A DNA stretch of 64,000 nt from an uncultured delta proteobacterium (GCA_963705275.1 OY970063.1:476438-540437); one strand, 5' to 3'; counted from the first letter of the stretch, positions 26,582-36,977 are shown. Notes: a model not told the origin generated them from the letters alone. Numbers and translations are program-made.

Positions 26582-27366
26582 ATGTGCTTACTGTGGAAGA
26601 TCTTTACTTTCGGTATAACTCGTCGGATGTCCTAAGTGGCATCTCATTTTCGATAAAAAAAGGCGATTATATCGGCCTTGTCGGACCCAACGGTTCGGGA
26701 AAAACAACCTTAATAAAAGTCATTCTCGGCCTGCTAAGTCCATATAGCGGCCGGGTTAAGATTTTCGGAGATGATGTTGCTGCATTTTCCCGATGGGATA
26801 GAATAGGGTATCTTCCGCAGCACATTGCCGCCTTAAATCCCCGTTTCCCCGCTACGGTCAGTGAGGTCGTCGCCATGGGTCTTCTTTCCAAAAAGCGATT
26901 CCCCAAGCACCTGAACAGATCTGACCATGCAAGAGTCGATAATGTCCTCGATCTCCTTGATATGAAGAGGCTCAAAAATGCTCCGGTAGGGGAACTTTCG
27001 GGAGGCCAGCAACAGCGGGTCCTCGTTGCCAGGGCTATCGTTAATGATCCTGAATTCCTCATTGTCGATGAACCAACAGATGCGTTAGACCCGGAAATGA
27101 GGGATCGGTTCTTCGAAATCATGCAGCGCCTGAATAAAGAGAAGCAAGTCGCCATTGTGATAGTCACACACGACACGGGAAATATCGGAAGATACACTTC
27201 AAAGCTCCTCTACGTTGATAAGAAGATCGTATTTTACGGCAGCTTCGGAGATTTTTGCGAATCCCGCGAGATTACCCAATTCTTTGGCGAGTTCGCACAG
27301 CACGTCATATGCCACAGACATGATCAGAACCTCGATTGCCCATCCGGTGACCATGGAACTGACTGA
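26572..27366 (+). CDS. znuC: metal ABC transporter ATP-binding protein
   Basis: Walker A GPNGSGKTT, signature LSGGQQQR and Walker B FLIVDEP are present. It overlaps the znuA end by 10 nt. Confidence 0.85.
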   Translation: MPVDVLTVEDLYFRYNSSDVLSGISFSIKKGDYIGLVGPNGSGKTTLIKVILGLLSPYSGRVKIFGDDVAAFSRWDRIGYLPQHIAALNPRFPATVSEVVAMGLLSKKRFPKHLNRSDHARVDNVLDLLDMKRLKNAPVGELSGGQQQRVLVARAIVNDPEFLIVDEPTDALDPEMRDRFFEIMQRLNKEKQVAIVIVTHDTGNIGRYTSKLLYVDKKIVFYGSFGDFCESREITQFFGEFAQHVICHRHDQNLDCPSGDHGTD

Positions 27367-28165
27367 ATTTTTTCGTTACGGGTTTCTTCAGCGGGCGCTA
27401 ATTGCAGGTTCGTTCATAGGGATCCTTTGCTCAACGCTGGGCGTTTTTTTGGTGCTGAGAAGATTCTCTCTTATAGGTGACGGCCTTGCCCATGCCACAT
27501 TCGGCAGTGTGGCACTGGCGCTGCTTCTAAAGATGTCGCCTCTATATGTATCGATACCTGTCGTCATGGTATGCTCCGTAGGCATTCTCAAGCTGACCGA
27601 AAGGGCCAGACTATATGGAGATGCCGCCATCGGTGTTGTCTCATCCCTGGGCATTGCAGGCGGGGTCATGTTGTCGAGTATTGCCGGCGGCTTTAATATA
27701 GATCTGTTCAGCTATCTATTCGGTAGCATCCTATCAATCAGCGAAACTGAAGTCTTCATTTCCATAGGACTATCCGTATTGGTTATCCTGATGATTGTTT
27801 TTTATTACAATGAGCTTTTGTCCATAACCTTTGATGAAGACTCGGCGAAGACCTCCGGCATAAATACCAAATCGATCAATACATTGTTTGTCCTTCTAAC
27901 GGCGGTGACAGTTGTCTTGTCGATGAAAGTCGTAGGCATCATGCTCATCTCCGCATTGCTTATATTCCCCGCAGTGACCGCACTCCAGATAGCGAGAAGC
28001 TTCAAGGCGGTAATGTTGACTGCCTCGTTATCAGCGATGGTTTCGGTGATCTCGGGAATTTTCCTCTCCTTCTTCTTCGATCTCCCAACAGGGGCAACGA
28101 TTGTTCTGATTAATTTCTTCTTTTTCCTCACGGGCCTTACTTACAAGAGAATCATCAGAGCGTGA
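27353..28165 (+). CDS. znuB: metal ABC transporter permease
   Basis: It is polytopic and has an ABC-3 family appearance. I chose the ATG at 27353 (MELTEFFRYGFLQRAL...), which overlaps the znuC end. The longer ORF from 27215 runs inside znuC. Confidence 0.85.
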   Translation: MELTEFFRYGFLQRALIAGSFIGILCSTLGVFLVLRRFSLIGDGLAHATFGSVALALLLKMSPLYVSIPVVMVCSVGILKLTERARLYGDAAIGVVSSLGIAGGVMLSSIAGGFNIDLFSYLFGSILSISETEVFISIGLSVLVILMIVFYYNELLSITFDEDSAKTSGINTKSINTLFVLLTAVTVVLSMKVVGIMLISALLIFPAVTALQIARSFKAVMLTASLSAMVSVISGIFLSFFFDLPTGATIVLINFFFFLTGLTYKRIIRA

Positions 28166-28224
28166 AAATAATGGAGTTGTGTGATGGCTAGAGTAAGAAT
28201 CCTTCTGCATAATCAAGATTTCAT

Positions 28225-28258
28225 CCTGCTGTCGGACATAACAGCAGGTCTGCTTTTT
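28225..28258 (+). terminator. rho-independent terminator after znuB
   Basis: CCTGCTGT-cggacata-ACAGCAGG is a perfect 8-bp stem. TCTGCTTTTT follows it, 60 nt after the stop. Confidence 0.75.
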
Positions 28259-28587
28259 GATCATGCCGCGCGGCCTGCCTGGCACTCCTAAAAATTGCGG
28301 ATTCGCGGCAGGTTTGACTTTATATCTTTTCAGTAGGTAAACAGCCCTGCTGGCAGCCGCATTCATGATATGTATGATGATCTATATCGCGTGGCTGGAT
28401 TCAAAAAATACGATGCGACTGACCTATTCATTTAATCTTGCCGACAGAACGACTTCTTTATCGCCTCGAATTGACATATTCTGACCTTGAAGGTGTAACT
28501 CCCCCAGGTTGGTCATTTTTTTCCCAGTCACTGCTTGCGCGGGCAGACCCTGTTGTGCTATGCTTTAGAAAAAAGGAGGATACCACT

Positions 28588-29181
28588 ATGGCTCTTCAAT
28601 TACCTGACCTGCCCTATGCGAAAGACGGACTTGCACCATACATCAGCGCTAACACGCTGGAGTTTCATCACGGAAAGCATCATAGGGCATATGTGGATAA
28701 CACGAACAAACTGATAGCAGGAACAGAGTTGGCTAATGAGTCTTTAGAAACTATTGTGAAAAAGAGTGTGGGCGATGCAGCCAAAAGCGGCCTCTTCAAT
28801 AACTCGGCGCAGGTCTGGAACCATTCCTTCTACTGGCAGTGCATGAAGCCAAAGGGAGGCGGCAAACCTACCGGAAAGGTCGCTGATAAGATCAATGAGG
28901 CTTGGGGAAGTTTTGATAAATTTGCAGATGAATTAAAGAACGCTGGAGTTACCCAGTTCGGCAGCGGGTGGGCCTGGCTGGTGGTGGACGGAGGCAAATT
29001 AAAAGTGATAAAAACCGCCAACGCCGATACACCGATTGCCCACGGCGTAAAACCCTTGCTCACCGTCGATGTTTGGGAACATGCATACTACCTTGATTAC
29101 CAGAACAGGAGGCCGGACTACCTGACGACCTTTATTGAAAAGCTGATCAACTGGGATTTCGTCGAGGCTAATCTGAGCTGA
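28588..29181 (+). CDS. sodB: Fe-type superoxide dismutase
   Basis: AGGAGG lies 8 nt upstream of the ATG. MALQLPDLPYAKDGLAPYISANTLEFHHGKHH and DVWEHAYYLDYQNRR are Fe/Mn-SOD signatures. The upstream part of the longer ORF looks non-coding. Confidence 0.9.
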   Translation: MALQLPDLPYAKDGLAPYISANTLEFHHGKHHRAYVDNTNKLIAGTELANESLETIVKKSVGDAAKSGLFNNSAQVWNHSFYWQCMKPKGGGKPTGKVADKINEAWGSFDKFADELKNAGVTQFGSGWAWLVVDGGKLKVIKTANADTPIAHGVKPLLTVDVWEHAYYLDYQNRRPDYLTTFIEKLINWDFVEANLS

Positions 29182-29213
29182 TTCACTGGAAAGACGGAAA
29201 AACAATAATTGCT

Positions 29214-29903
29214 GTGAGTATATCTTCCGATACGCCTCACCATAAAAATCATCGTCAACGCCTGAAGAAGAAATTTTCCGAATCAGGCGTTGCTGCGTTC
29301 CACGACTACGAGGTATTGGAACTCCTCTTATCGTATGCCATCCCTCGACAAGATGTCAAACCCCTGGCAAAGGAGCTCCTTAATAATTTCGGCTCTCTCA
29401 AGGGCATCATGGATGCGGGGAAAGACAGCCTTGAAAAGGTCAAGGGTGTTGGCGGTCATACGGCAATTCTGATAAAACTTATAAAGGAATTGGGAATCCT
29501 GTACCTCAAAGAGAAGGCAAGGGAAAAACCGCAAATAACATGTACGAGCGAGCTGCTCGACTACTGTAAGACCTACCTGGGCGGTCTTAAGGATGAGCGA
29601 TTTTGCGTCATATACCTGGATGCGCAGAACAGGCTGACAGATATTGAGACTATACAGGAAGGCATTGTGAACCAGGCTGTTGTCTATCCCAGAAAGGTCC
29701 TGGAAAACGCCCTGAAGCAAAAAGCGTCCGCCGTCATTCTCGTCCACAATCACCCATCGGGCAACGTTAAGCCCTCTGATGCGGACATTCGCTTGACGAA
29801 GACAATCCGGGAAACGGCGAGGATACTGGACATCATCGTCCATGATCACCTCATAATCGGCGAAAACAGATTTTTTAGCTTTCGTGAAGAGGGCTTGATA
29901 TAG
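29214..29903 (+). CDS. radC: RadC-family JAB-domain protein
   Basis: GTG start. An HhH-like region is followed by the JAMM motif HNHPSGNVKPSDAD. Confidence 0.9.
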   Translation: MSISSDTPHHKNHRQRLKKKFSESGVAAFHDYEVLELLLSYAIPRQDVKPLAKELLNNFGSLKGIMDAGKDSLEKVKGVGGHTAILIKLIKELGILYLKEKAREKPQITCTSELLDYCKTYLGGLKDERFCVIYLDAQNRLTDIETIQEGIVNQAVVYPRKVLENALKQKASAVILVHNHPSGNVKPSDADIRLTKTIRETARILDIIVHDHLIIGENRFFSFREEGLI

Positions 29904-29904
29904 A

Positions 29905-30738
29905 TCAGAACGGCACGGGCGTGAAGGTCATAACGAAGACCGTTATCGTGAGCCAGCCTATTACTTTCCTTTTTGTATCGAGAGGGATCCAGTCATAAAT
30001 AACCGGTGGGTGATTTATCCCCATGAAGAACAGGATACCTGCCCACACAAGCCAGCCGACCCATCCAGTGGCCCCCAGTATTACAAGAACGACGAGCACT
30101 GCCTTTGCTACAAGACGCTGTTTGTGGCCAATGACTGCATAGGCCACGTGCCCCCCGTCAAGCTGGCCCACCGGCAGCAGATTCAAAGAAGTGACTAGTA
30201 ATCCGATCCATCCGGAAAATCCTATGGGATGAAGAATAATATTGGCATTGTCCGGCAGGGAACCGTGAATTGCCCAGTTCATTATATAGAAAAGCATAGA
30301 TGAGCCCAGACTGAACCCCGTCTCAACTGTTTCATACTTGACCTCCGAGAGTGAGAGACCGACGAGCAGGACCGGAACTGTTACACATAATCCTGCAAGA
30401 GGTCCTGCGGCACCGACATCCAAGAGGATCCTGCGATCCATGATAGGCGATTTCATCTTGATGAACGCCCCAAAAGTGCCGACGAGCGAAGGCGCTGGTA
30501 TGAAATATGGAAGGGTCACATCGATATGGTGTTTCCTTGATATGAAATAGTGGCCGAACTCATGCGCGCCAAGGATCAACAGGAGTGTAAATGAAAACGG
30601 TATCCCTTTCCAGAGGAGCAACGGGTTTTCGATCGGGTTGATACCCTGCTGCAGCGTTCCAGCAACGAGAGTACAAAGAAGAGTCGCGAGAAAAAGAGCG
30701 ATATGAAGAACAGGCAATCTCCGCATAATTTCATGCAT
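29905..30738 (-). CDS. site-2 protease family (M50) membrane metalloprotease
   Basis: It is polytopic. HEFGHYF (HExxH) lies in a TM segment, and a later NLLPVGQLDGGH motif is present. Confidence 0.8.
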   Translation of the reverse strand: MHEIMRRLPVLHIALFLATLLCTLVAGTLQQGINPIENPLLLWKGIPFSFTLLLILGAHEFGHYFISRKHHIDVTLPYFIPAPSLVGTFGAFIKMKSPIMDRRILLDVGAAGPLAGLCVTVPVLLVGLSLSEVKYETVETGFSLGSSMLFYIMNWAIHGSLPDNANIILHPIGFSGWIGLLVTSLNLLPVGQLDGGHVAYAVIGHKQRLVAKAVLVVLVILGATGWVGWLVWAGILFFMGINHPPVIYDWIPLDTKRKVIGWLTITVFVMTFTPVPF

Positions 30739-30894
30739 ATATTAAATTAGGGCTGATTATTAAAGGTGACAACCTTCTCTAATAAGCCCCCCAAGCATAG
30801 GCCTTTGGCGACGAGTTCATCCGCAAAAGCCTTTCAGCCAGCAAGGAGGGGGGGCAGGCGACGCTCACACTCAGATAAATTAAGAAAGAGTGCT

Positions 30895-30921
30895 AAAAAA
30901 AGGGGTCATGAAATGACCCCT
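30895..30921 (-). terminator. rho-independent terminator after the IHF-like gene
   Basis: The minus strand reads AGGGGTCAT-TTC-ATGACCCCT (9-bp stem) followed by TTTTTT. It lies 64 nt after the stop. Confidence 0.8.
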
Positions 30922-30984
30922 CATTCAACCTGAATATTGATATGTAAATAATCGACAACGATTTATCTAAACGGTACGAATAAT

Positions 30985-31266
30985 CTACTTCTTCGCATCA
31001 ACTTTAGCTTTAAGTTCTTTACCCACTTTAAAAAAGGGCAGTTTCTTCGGGGATACCATTATATTCTTCCCCGTTTTTGGATTCCTGCCGGTATAGGCTG
31101 TATAATTTCTTACTACAAAACTACCGAAACCCCTAATCTCTATCCTGCCGCCTTTTTTCAGTTCGTCAGTAAAACCCTTGAAGACCAGATTAATTACATC
31201 AATTGCCTTTTTCTCCGTTAGGTTTTCTTTTGCACTTAAAGCCTCAATGAGTCCAGACTTGTTCAT
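30985..31266 (-). CDS. ihfB: integration host factor beta-like DNA-bending protein (HU/IHF family)
   Basis: MNKSGLIEAL...GGRIEIRGFGSFVVRNYTAYTGRNPKTGKNI... The RIEIRGFGSF motif is IHF-beta-like. The start was chosen at the ATG preceded by GGAGGAGG. Confidence 0.8.
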   Translation of the reverse strand: MNKSGLIEALSAKENLTEKKAIDVINLVFKGFTDELKKGGRIEIRGFGSFVVRNYTAYTGRNPKTGKNIMVSPKKLPFFKVGKELKAKVDAKK

Positions 31267-31446
31267 ACCTCCTCCTTCTGACAATTCATCTCACAGCAAT
31301 TCTTAGTAAACGTGCTGTCTGAATGGCTCATTTCAAAATAACATGATAATTTATCTGTAGATTTGCCGATCATTATTTATTTTCATTTCAATGTCAAGAC
31401 AAATTTTCTCGCCAAAATCAGAGTCTTTAAGCGGATCATATATCTA

Positions 31447-32160
31447 TCAGAATGACAATAAATGCTTGACTTCCTTCTTAGTCAGGTGCCTGAAAGTTCC
31501 CGTTTTCATATTGCCTAGGCTTATGTCGGCAATCGCCGTCCTGATGAGTCTGACGACGGGGTGGCCAAGCGACTCCAGTCCCCTGCGAATCAACCTGTTT
31601 CTTCCCTCAGCAATTGTCAGGACAAGCCAGCTGCTCTTTCTATTTATTCTCTCAATTTGCAGACTCTCTGGTTTGAAATTTCCATCGGGTAGCCTTATGC
31701 CTTCTGATAGTGCACGAACCTCGTTTTTCGTCAGATTCCCGTCAATCTTGACCATGTATGTCTTGGGAATCTTAAAACGGGGATGCTGCACTCTCTGTGA
31801 AAAATCACCGTCATTGGTCAAGAGCAAAAGGCCCTCAGAATTGTAGTCCAGCCTTCCAACAGGAAAAATCCTTTCCGATATGCCGGAGAGCAAGTCTGTA
31901 ACTACAGCCCGCCCCTCCGGATCATGAAGTGTCGTCACATACCCTCTGGGTTTATGGAGCATCAGGTATACTTTAGACATTTCCGGCAATATCAACTTGC
32001 CGTCAACCCGAATCTCATCTGCATTAATATCGGCCTTGGCGCCAAGCTGCCTTATGATGCCATCATTTACGGTCACCCTGCCCTCGAGAATCATCTGTTC
32101 GGCCACTCGCCTTGACGAGACTCCTGCGGCGGCTATAATCTTTTGAAGACGCTCTTGCAT
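31447..32160 (-). CDS. rluB: rRNA pseudouridine synthase (RsuA/RluB family)
   Basis: An S4 domain forms the N-terminus. The catalytic motif PVGRLDYNSEGLLLLTNDG is present. It follows scpB as in many genomes. Confidence 0.85.
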   Translation of the reverse strand: MQERLQKIIAAAGVSSRRVAEQMILEGRVTVNDGIIRQLGAKADINADEIRVDGKLILPEMSKVYLMLHKPRGYVTTLHDPEGRAVVTDLLSGISERIFPVGRLDYNSEGLLLLTNDGDFSQRVQHPRFKIPKTYMVKIDGNLTKNEVRALSEGIRLPDGNFKPESLQIERINRKSSWLVLTIAEGRNRLIRRGLESLGHPVVRLIRTAIADISLGNMKTGTFRHLTKKEVKHLLSF

Positions 32161-32238
32161 GCGATGCCTAAGAAATCCGAGAGCAGAATATAAATATGAT
32201 GAGGGTTTCGGATATCGGATTTCGATATTTTCTTGTTA

Positions 32239-32787
32239 TTAGGATTCCGTGTCCGGAGCTTCTACGCCGTCCTGCAAATCCTTCAACTCCTTCAGCGTCG
32301 GCAGTTCCGAGAGGTCTTTCAAGCTGAATATTTCAAGAAACTTCTTCGTTGTACCGTACATGATGGGTTTGCCCGGTACATCTTTCCGTCCCATGATCCT
32401 CACGAGCTTTTTCTCCAGCAATCCCTTCAAAGAGCTGCCGACATCTACACCGCGGATCCTGTCTATTTCCGACTTCACCACTGGCTGCTTATATGCGACT
32501 ACAGCGAGGGTCTCCATGGCGGCATTCGTCAGCATTGACTGTTTCGTCTTCATTAATTTGCCGATCCAGAAACTTAAATCTGACCTTGTCCTGAAGTGAA
32601 GGCCCCCGGCAACCTCCTGAAGAAGAAAGCCTCCCCGCCTTCCTTCATATTCACTAATCAGATCTTGCACCAGACGACCTATTTCACTTCTATCAACTTC
32701 ATTCAGAACTTCTCTAATCTTGTCTATAGTGATTGGAGATTCCGACGTGAAGATGATAGCCTCTATTATCGCCTTTGTCTCTTCCAT
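32239..32787 (-). CDS. scpB: segregation and condensation protein B
   Basis: MEETKAIIEAIIFTSESPITIDKI... is the typical ScpB start and tandem winged-helix layout. An upstream in-frame TTG at 32814 is an alternative start. Confidence 0.85.
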   Translation of the reverse strand: MEETKAIIEAIIFTSESPITIDKIREVLNEVDRSEIGRLVQDLISEYEGRRGGFLLQEVAGGLHFRTRSDLSFWIGKLMKTKQSMLTNAAMETLAVVAYKQPVVKSEIDRIRGVDVGSSLKGLLEKKLVRIMGRKDVPGKPIMYGTTKKFLEIFSLKDLSELPTLKELKDLQDGVEAPDTES

Positions 32788-32948
32788 CTTCAATAACCTC
32801 AAAAAAGCGGTCAACAGTCTTTACGCGGAGAGCTTCATGAAAAAGCACCAAAAGCATGCATAGCGTAAATCGATACATCTTACTGCATCTGCGGATGAAG
32901 CGCACCTAAGCTCCCTGCGCGGGCATAGCAACATTTCCCAAATCACAT

Positions 32949-33677
32949 CTATGATTCCGCGGCAAGAACCACTCTGATCACGCCAAAGGAACCGGCCTGA
33001 TAGACCTTGATCATTCTCAATTTCATAAGTTCCAAAATAGCGAGGAACGTATACAGGATCATTCTCTTGTCTCCTGAATCGCGCAGCAATTCAACAAATG
33101 TAAGATTCTTCTTCTCCCCAAGTTGCACCATAATCTCGTTTATCCTGTCAGTGAGAGAGAGCTTTTCAACGTCAATCTCCATGAATTCCGGCTCCTTCAT
33201 GGAAGAGATGATTCTGTAAAAAGCTTCTACCAGTTCAAAGACGCTGATTTCAGCATCTATCTCATCTTCGCCTCGTGCCGCACCCCCGTTCTCAGCGGAG
33301 TGCCCTCGCTTAAAAATATCCCTTTCCAAAAGAGGCCTCTGATCCAGCTGCGCCGCCGCTTCTTTGAAGACCTGATAGTCGAGCAATTGCTTAACTAGCT
33401 CTGCGCGGGGATCCGGTTCGTCTTCCGTCTCTCCCGCCTCACCCTCCTCAACTGGAAGAAGCATTTTTGATTTTATATGTATGAGTGTCGATGCAAGAAG
33501 CAGATAGTCCCCGGCTATATCCAGGTTGAGATACTTCATCATTTCGATGTGCTGAAGATACTGTTCCGTAATGAGAGCAATAGGGATATCATAAATATCG
33601 ATCTCATTCTTCTTGATCAGATAGAGTAGCAGATCCAGCGGCCCTTCAAATATATCGAGTTTGACCTCGTATTCCAT
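32949..33677 (-). CDS. scpA: segregation and condensation protein A (kleisin)
   Basis: VKLDIFEGPLDLLLYLIKKNEIDIYDIPIALIT is the ScpA signature N-terminus. Confidence 0.88.
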   Translation of the reverse strand: MEYEVKLDIFEGPLDLLLYLIKKNEIDIYDIPIALITEQYLQHIEMMKYLNLDIAGDYLLLASTLIHIKSKMLLPVEEGEAGETEDEPDPRAELVKQLLDYQVFKEAAAQLDQRPLLERDIFKRGHSAENGGAARGEDEIDAEISVFELVEAFYRIISSMKEPEFMEIDVEKLSLTDRINEIMVQLGEKKNLTFVELLRDSGDKRMILYTFLAILELMKLRMIKVYQAGSFGVIRVVLAAES

Positions 33678-33822
33678 AATAACACCCTTACAAATTATTG
33701 ACAGTCACACAATTTGAAAATAGCGCCGTCCCTTATTCTCAGAATACTGGCATCTGCAAATCTTCAGTGCATAGAGCCCGCCCTTGTGAAGGAGACGGCA
33801 GCCCGCTGGGTAGAGGGGATTG

Positions 33823-34812
33823 TCAGATCTTTATCGCTTCTCTGACCTCTTCCATAGTAACAGAGGCTTCTCTTGCTGCCTTGACGTTCCCATCCTCGAA
33901 AACGTTCCTGACTTCATCGAGATGCTGTCGAAAATAGTCTTGACGTTCGTGAATCGGCCGTAACCCTTCTGCTATCCTGTCAGCAAGACGCCTCTTGCAT
34001 TCCGTACAGCCGATGCCTGCCTTCTTACATTCCAGTGATACTTCCTTCACAAACTCGGCCGGCGAATAGATCTGATGAAAAGTGAAAACATTACAAAGTT
34101 CTGGCCTGCCTGGATCCTTCTTTCTCATGCGCTGAGGATCGGTAAACATGGCTTCAATTTTCGCCCTCAATTCATCTCCCCGGTCACTAATGTAGATGGC
34201 GTTATTGTAAGACTTGCTCATTTTTCTCCCGTCAATGCCCAGGAGTTTAGGAACCTCTGTCAGGAGCGGCACCGGACTGGGAAAGATTTCTCTGTAGAGA
34301 AAATTGAAGCGCCGGGCAATCTCCCTGGTAAGTTCCACATGGGGAAGCTGGTCCACACCAACAGGCACCCCATAAGCCTTGTACATGATAATATCCGCTG
34401 CTTGTAGCACCGGATAACCCAGGAATCCGAAGGTGGACAGGTCTTTTCCCGATAGCTCCTCTTTCATTTCCTTATAAGTAGGATTTCTTTCCAGCCAGGG
34501 CAGGGGGGTTATCATAGAAAGGATTACGAAAAGTTCAGCATGCTCTTTTATGCAGGACTGGATAAACAGGGTGCTCTTTGCAGGATCCAAACCTACACTG
34601 AGCCAGTCGATGCTCATGTTAAGTATATATTCTCTAATCTTATCCGTATTGTTGTATTCACTGGTCAGGGCGTGCCAGTCGGCAATAAAATAAAAACAGT
34701 CATAATCTCCGCTGTTCTGGAGCTCTATCCAGTTCCTGAGTGCCCCGTGAAGATTTCCCAGATGCAGGTTGCCCGTGGGCCGCATGCCGCTCAATATTCT
34801 CTTCTTTGCCAA
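33823..34812 (-). CDS. trpS: tryptophan--tRNA ligase
   Basis: The class I HIGH-type motif (TGNLHLGNLHG) and KMSKS are present. The length is 329 aa. Confidence 0.95.
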   Translation of the reverse strand: MAKKRILSGMRPTGNLHLGNLHGALRNWIELQNSGDYDCFYFIADWHALTSEYNNTDKIREYILNMSIDWLSVGLDPAKSTLFIQSCIKEHAELFVILSMITPLPWLERNPTYKEMKEELSGKDLSTFGFLGYPVLQAADIIMYKAYGVPVGVDQLPHVELTREIARRFNFLYREIFPSPVPLLTEVPKLLGIDGRKMSKSYNNAIYISDRGDELRAKIEAMFTDPQRMRKKDPGRPELCNVFTFHQIYSPAEFVKEVSLECKKAGIGCTECKRRLADRIAEGLRPIHERQDYFRQHLDEVRNVFEDGNVKAAREASVTMEEVREAIKI

Positions 34813-35058
34813 TTTATGCCCCTCAGTTTAGCTGCTTAAGGATAGACTTTGAAATATTTGAACTTCGCTCCATTCTCGGCGCACCAGTTTTCGCATTTGC
34901 ACTATGCACGGGACTTCAAAGTGTTTATTCTTGTCGAAGCCGTTTGTAACAAAAAGAAAAGTTTCTGTCAATGTGCCATGATACCCCAAATGCATTGAAG
35001 CCCCCGATATCAAAAAAACGGAGGCCTCAATTGCAAAATGTCCCTGTAGTATGGTCTT

Positions 35059-35331
35059 CTATTTTACTTTACCTGCTAGTTCCTTCCCTGCCTTGAACTT
35101 AACAACTTTCTTAGCCGGTATCTTTATGGTTTTCCCAGTCTGAGGATTTCTTCCCTCTCTTGCCTTTCTTTTCACAACAGAAAAGGTGCCAAATCCGACG
35201 AGACCCAATTTCCCGCTCTTTCTCAGCTCTTTGGTTACTGCCCCTACATAAGACTCTAATGCCTTCGCCGCCGCCGCTTTGGTGATGCCTGCCGCTCCCG
35301 CCATTACCGCAATTAGTTCTGCCTTCGTCAT
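35059..35331 (-). CDS. hup: HU-family DNA-binding protein
   Basis: 90 aa. MTKAELIAVMA...[41 protein letters not shown]. Confidence 0.9.
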   Translation of the reverse strand: MTKAELIAVMAGAAGITKAAAAKALESYVGAVTKELRKSGKLGLVGFGTFSVVKRKAREGRNPQTGKTIKIPAKKVVKFKAGKELAGKVK

Positions 35332-35741
35332 TGTCTAAAATCTCCCTTCCAGTAAGATATCTTTACTAAAATAAAATAATTTTCTTCCGGCCGCGCAACT
35401 CCCCATGAGGCGCCACTGATTGGTGCCTCTCATACGTGAAGCTCAAACAGCGTTGATCGCTAACACAAAAGGCAGCAACAATCAAGGAATTTTCGTCTGT
35501 AATAAGAATATTCCCCTCGCAAACACGTGCATACCGCGGGTTCGGGAGGCAATACTTCATGAATCCGTGCGGAATCTTGGTTTGAGAAGGTCAGCTTTCA
35601 TGCTGCAGCCCGGACGTACCAAAATAGGTATGGTATGGACGGATCGGGGTGGATGCTCGTGATATGCTGTTTTCTGGACTGACTATCATCCCGCTCAGAA
35701 CCCGCTGTTTCACCAGGAACGGCGACCAACTTCGGGCTATT

Positions 35742-36977
35742 TCATTTATCGATATCGATGACAGTTGTGATATCTGCCCTCCCCTCTTTCTTCTTCACCA
35801 GGAAATAGAGCTCCCCTGTTTCCTTAAGGCTGCCCGCCAGCATCTCCGCCCCGCCGCCGGTCCCACAAAACAGATCAACCCGTCCCGGTCCTTTGATAAC
35901 ACCTCCCGTGTCCTGATTGAGAACGAAGCGGGAGAAGGTCTCCCACGATTTGATATTTCCGTCTTTTTCAAAGACAGGCTTCCGCAGCCTGATGAAAGCA
36001 AGAGCGCCTCTCGGGAATAAATCAAGGTCTGTCGCGATTGACCTGCCCGAGGTAAGTGTAAGACCAAGGGCGCCTATGGGGCCGTTTTCGACGATGCGAA
36101 AAAATACATAGCTCTCGTTGTAGTTGAAAATATCCGAGAGCTCTTCGGGATGCTCCCTCAAGTATTTCTTTATAGACTGATGCGTCATCTCACTCTTGGA
36201 GAGCTTGCCTTTATCCAGAAGGTATCGTGCCATTCTATTCGGTCGGCCATTCTTCTGGGCATAACTGACCTGCATGGACCGCCCATCCGTTAATGTTATT
36301 TCTCCCGACCCCTGGATATGCATAAAAAATAAGTCAATGGGATCATTCACCCAGATAAGCTCAAGGTTTCTTCCCTTGAGAACTCCAGATTCTTCAATAT
36401 CGGCCCTATTAAAATAAGGGACCAACTCGCCGCTCTTCAATCTACCTATAATTTTTTCATTCTTGTATTTCTCGCTGAATTTGCCCAAATTGGCAACGAC
36501 GATGTCATCGGGGGTCTTGTAAATCGGATACCTGTATTCATCTGTCCTTTCCAGTGAACCTTTCAAGACAGACTCGAAATATCCCGTGAAAAGCACTCTC
36601 CCCTGATTGTCAAGTCCAGCGGCTCTGTACAAGTCAAATGTATTCAGTATTTTTTCCCGTTTGACTTCGTCCGAATCAGAACCGTTCAGGATTTTTCGAA
36701 AAGCTAGAAGTGACTCTCTTAATTCCCTGCCTGTAATATGGCCATCGCCAATCACGTACATATTATTCCCGGCACTTCTTTCATAGTACTCGATACTTCT
36801 TTCAATCGCCGTGCCCAGTGAATCACCATCCAGATCATCTGCTAAGGGAGGGACTTTATCAGGAGGAATCAATACGAGGGCGGGTGGAATCTTCTCTTGA
36901 GGTCTTCCAATTCCAGCCGCGCAGCCGGCTGCAAAGAAAATAACCAGGAGAAGGCAGAAAATACGAAAGGGTCTCAT
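35742..36977 (-). CDS. mltA: membrane-bound lytic murein transglycosylase A-like lipoprotein
   Basis: The lipoprotein start MRPFRIFCLLLVIFFAAGC is at ATG 36977. The MltA domain is followed by a 3D domain (...SGRSIATDLDLFPRGALAFI...GGVIKGPGRVDLFCG). The longer ORF to 37085 overlaps the upstream gene. Confidence 0.85.
   Translation of the reverse strand: MRPFRIFCLLLVIFFAAGCAAGIGRPQEKIPPALVLIPPDKVPPLADDLDGDSLGTAIERSIEYYERSAGNNMYVIGDGHITGRELRESLLAFRKILNGSDSDEVKREKILNTFDLYRAAGLDNQGRVLFTGYFESVLKGSLERTDEYRYPIYKTPDDIVVANLGKFSEKYKNEKIIGRLKSGELVPYFNRADIEESGVLKGRNLELIWVNDPIDLFFMHIQGSGEITLTDGRSMQVSYAQKNGRPNRMARYLLDKGKLSKSEMTHQSIKKYLREHPEELSDIFNYNESYVFFRIVENGPIGALGLTLTSGRSIATDLDLFPRGALAFIRLRKPVFEKDGNIKSWETFSRFVLNQDTGGVIKGPGRVDLFCGTGGGAEMLAGSLKETGELYFLVKKKEGRADITTVIDIDK

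Noticed and set aside
28184-28291. A 35-codon plus-strand ORF (MARVRILLHNQDFILL...) after znuB, reminiscent of a Nudix N-terminus.
   Set aside because: The znuB terminator hairpin lies inside it, and it is far too short. The similarity is only impressionistic.
28280-28298. TGGCAC...TTGC, which looks like a sigma-54 promoter upstream of sodB.
   Set aside because: There are 9 nt between TGGCAC and TTGC instead of 5. The GG and GC are 4 nt too far apart for the rigid -24/-12 geometry.
34990-35030. A GAGGCCTC palindrome followed (on the minus strand) by T7, downstream of hup (35059). It could be a terminator.
   Set aside because: The palindrome can only form a 3-4 bp stem with a tiny loop. That is too weak to call, although the T-run is suggestive.
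35366-36020. ORFs 35366-35560(-), 35420-35662(+) and 35649-36020(+) in and around the hup-mltA spacer.
   Set aside because: They have no SD and no recognisable families. They overlap each other and the 3' end of mltA, and their translations look random. The 410-nt spacer may hold regulatory RNA, but I could not identify a known motif.
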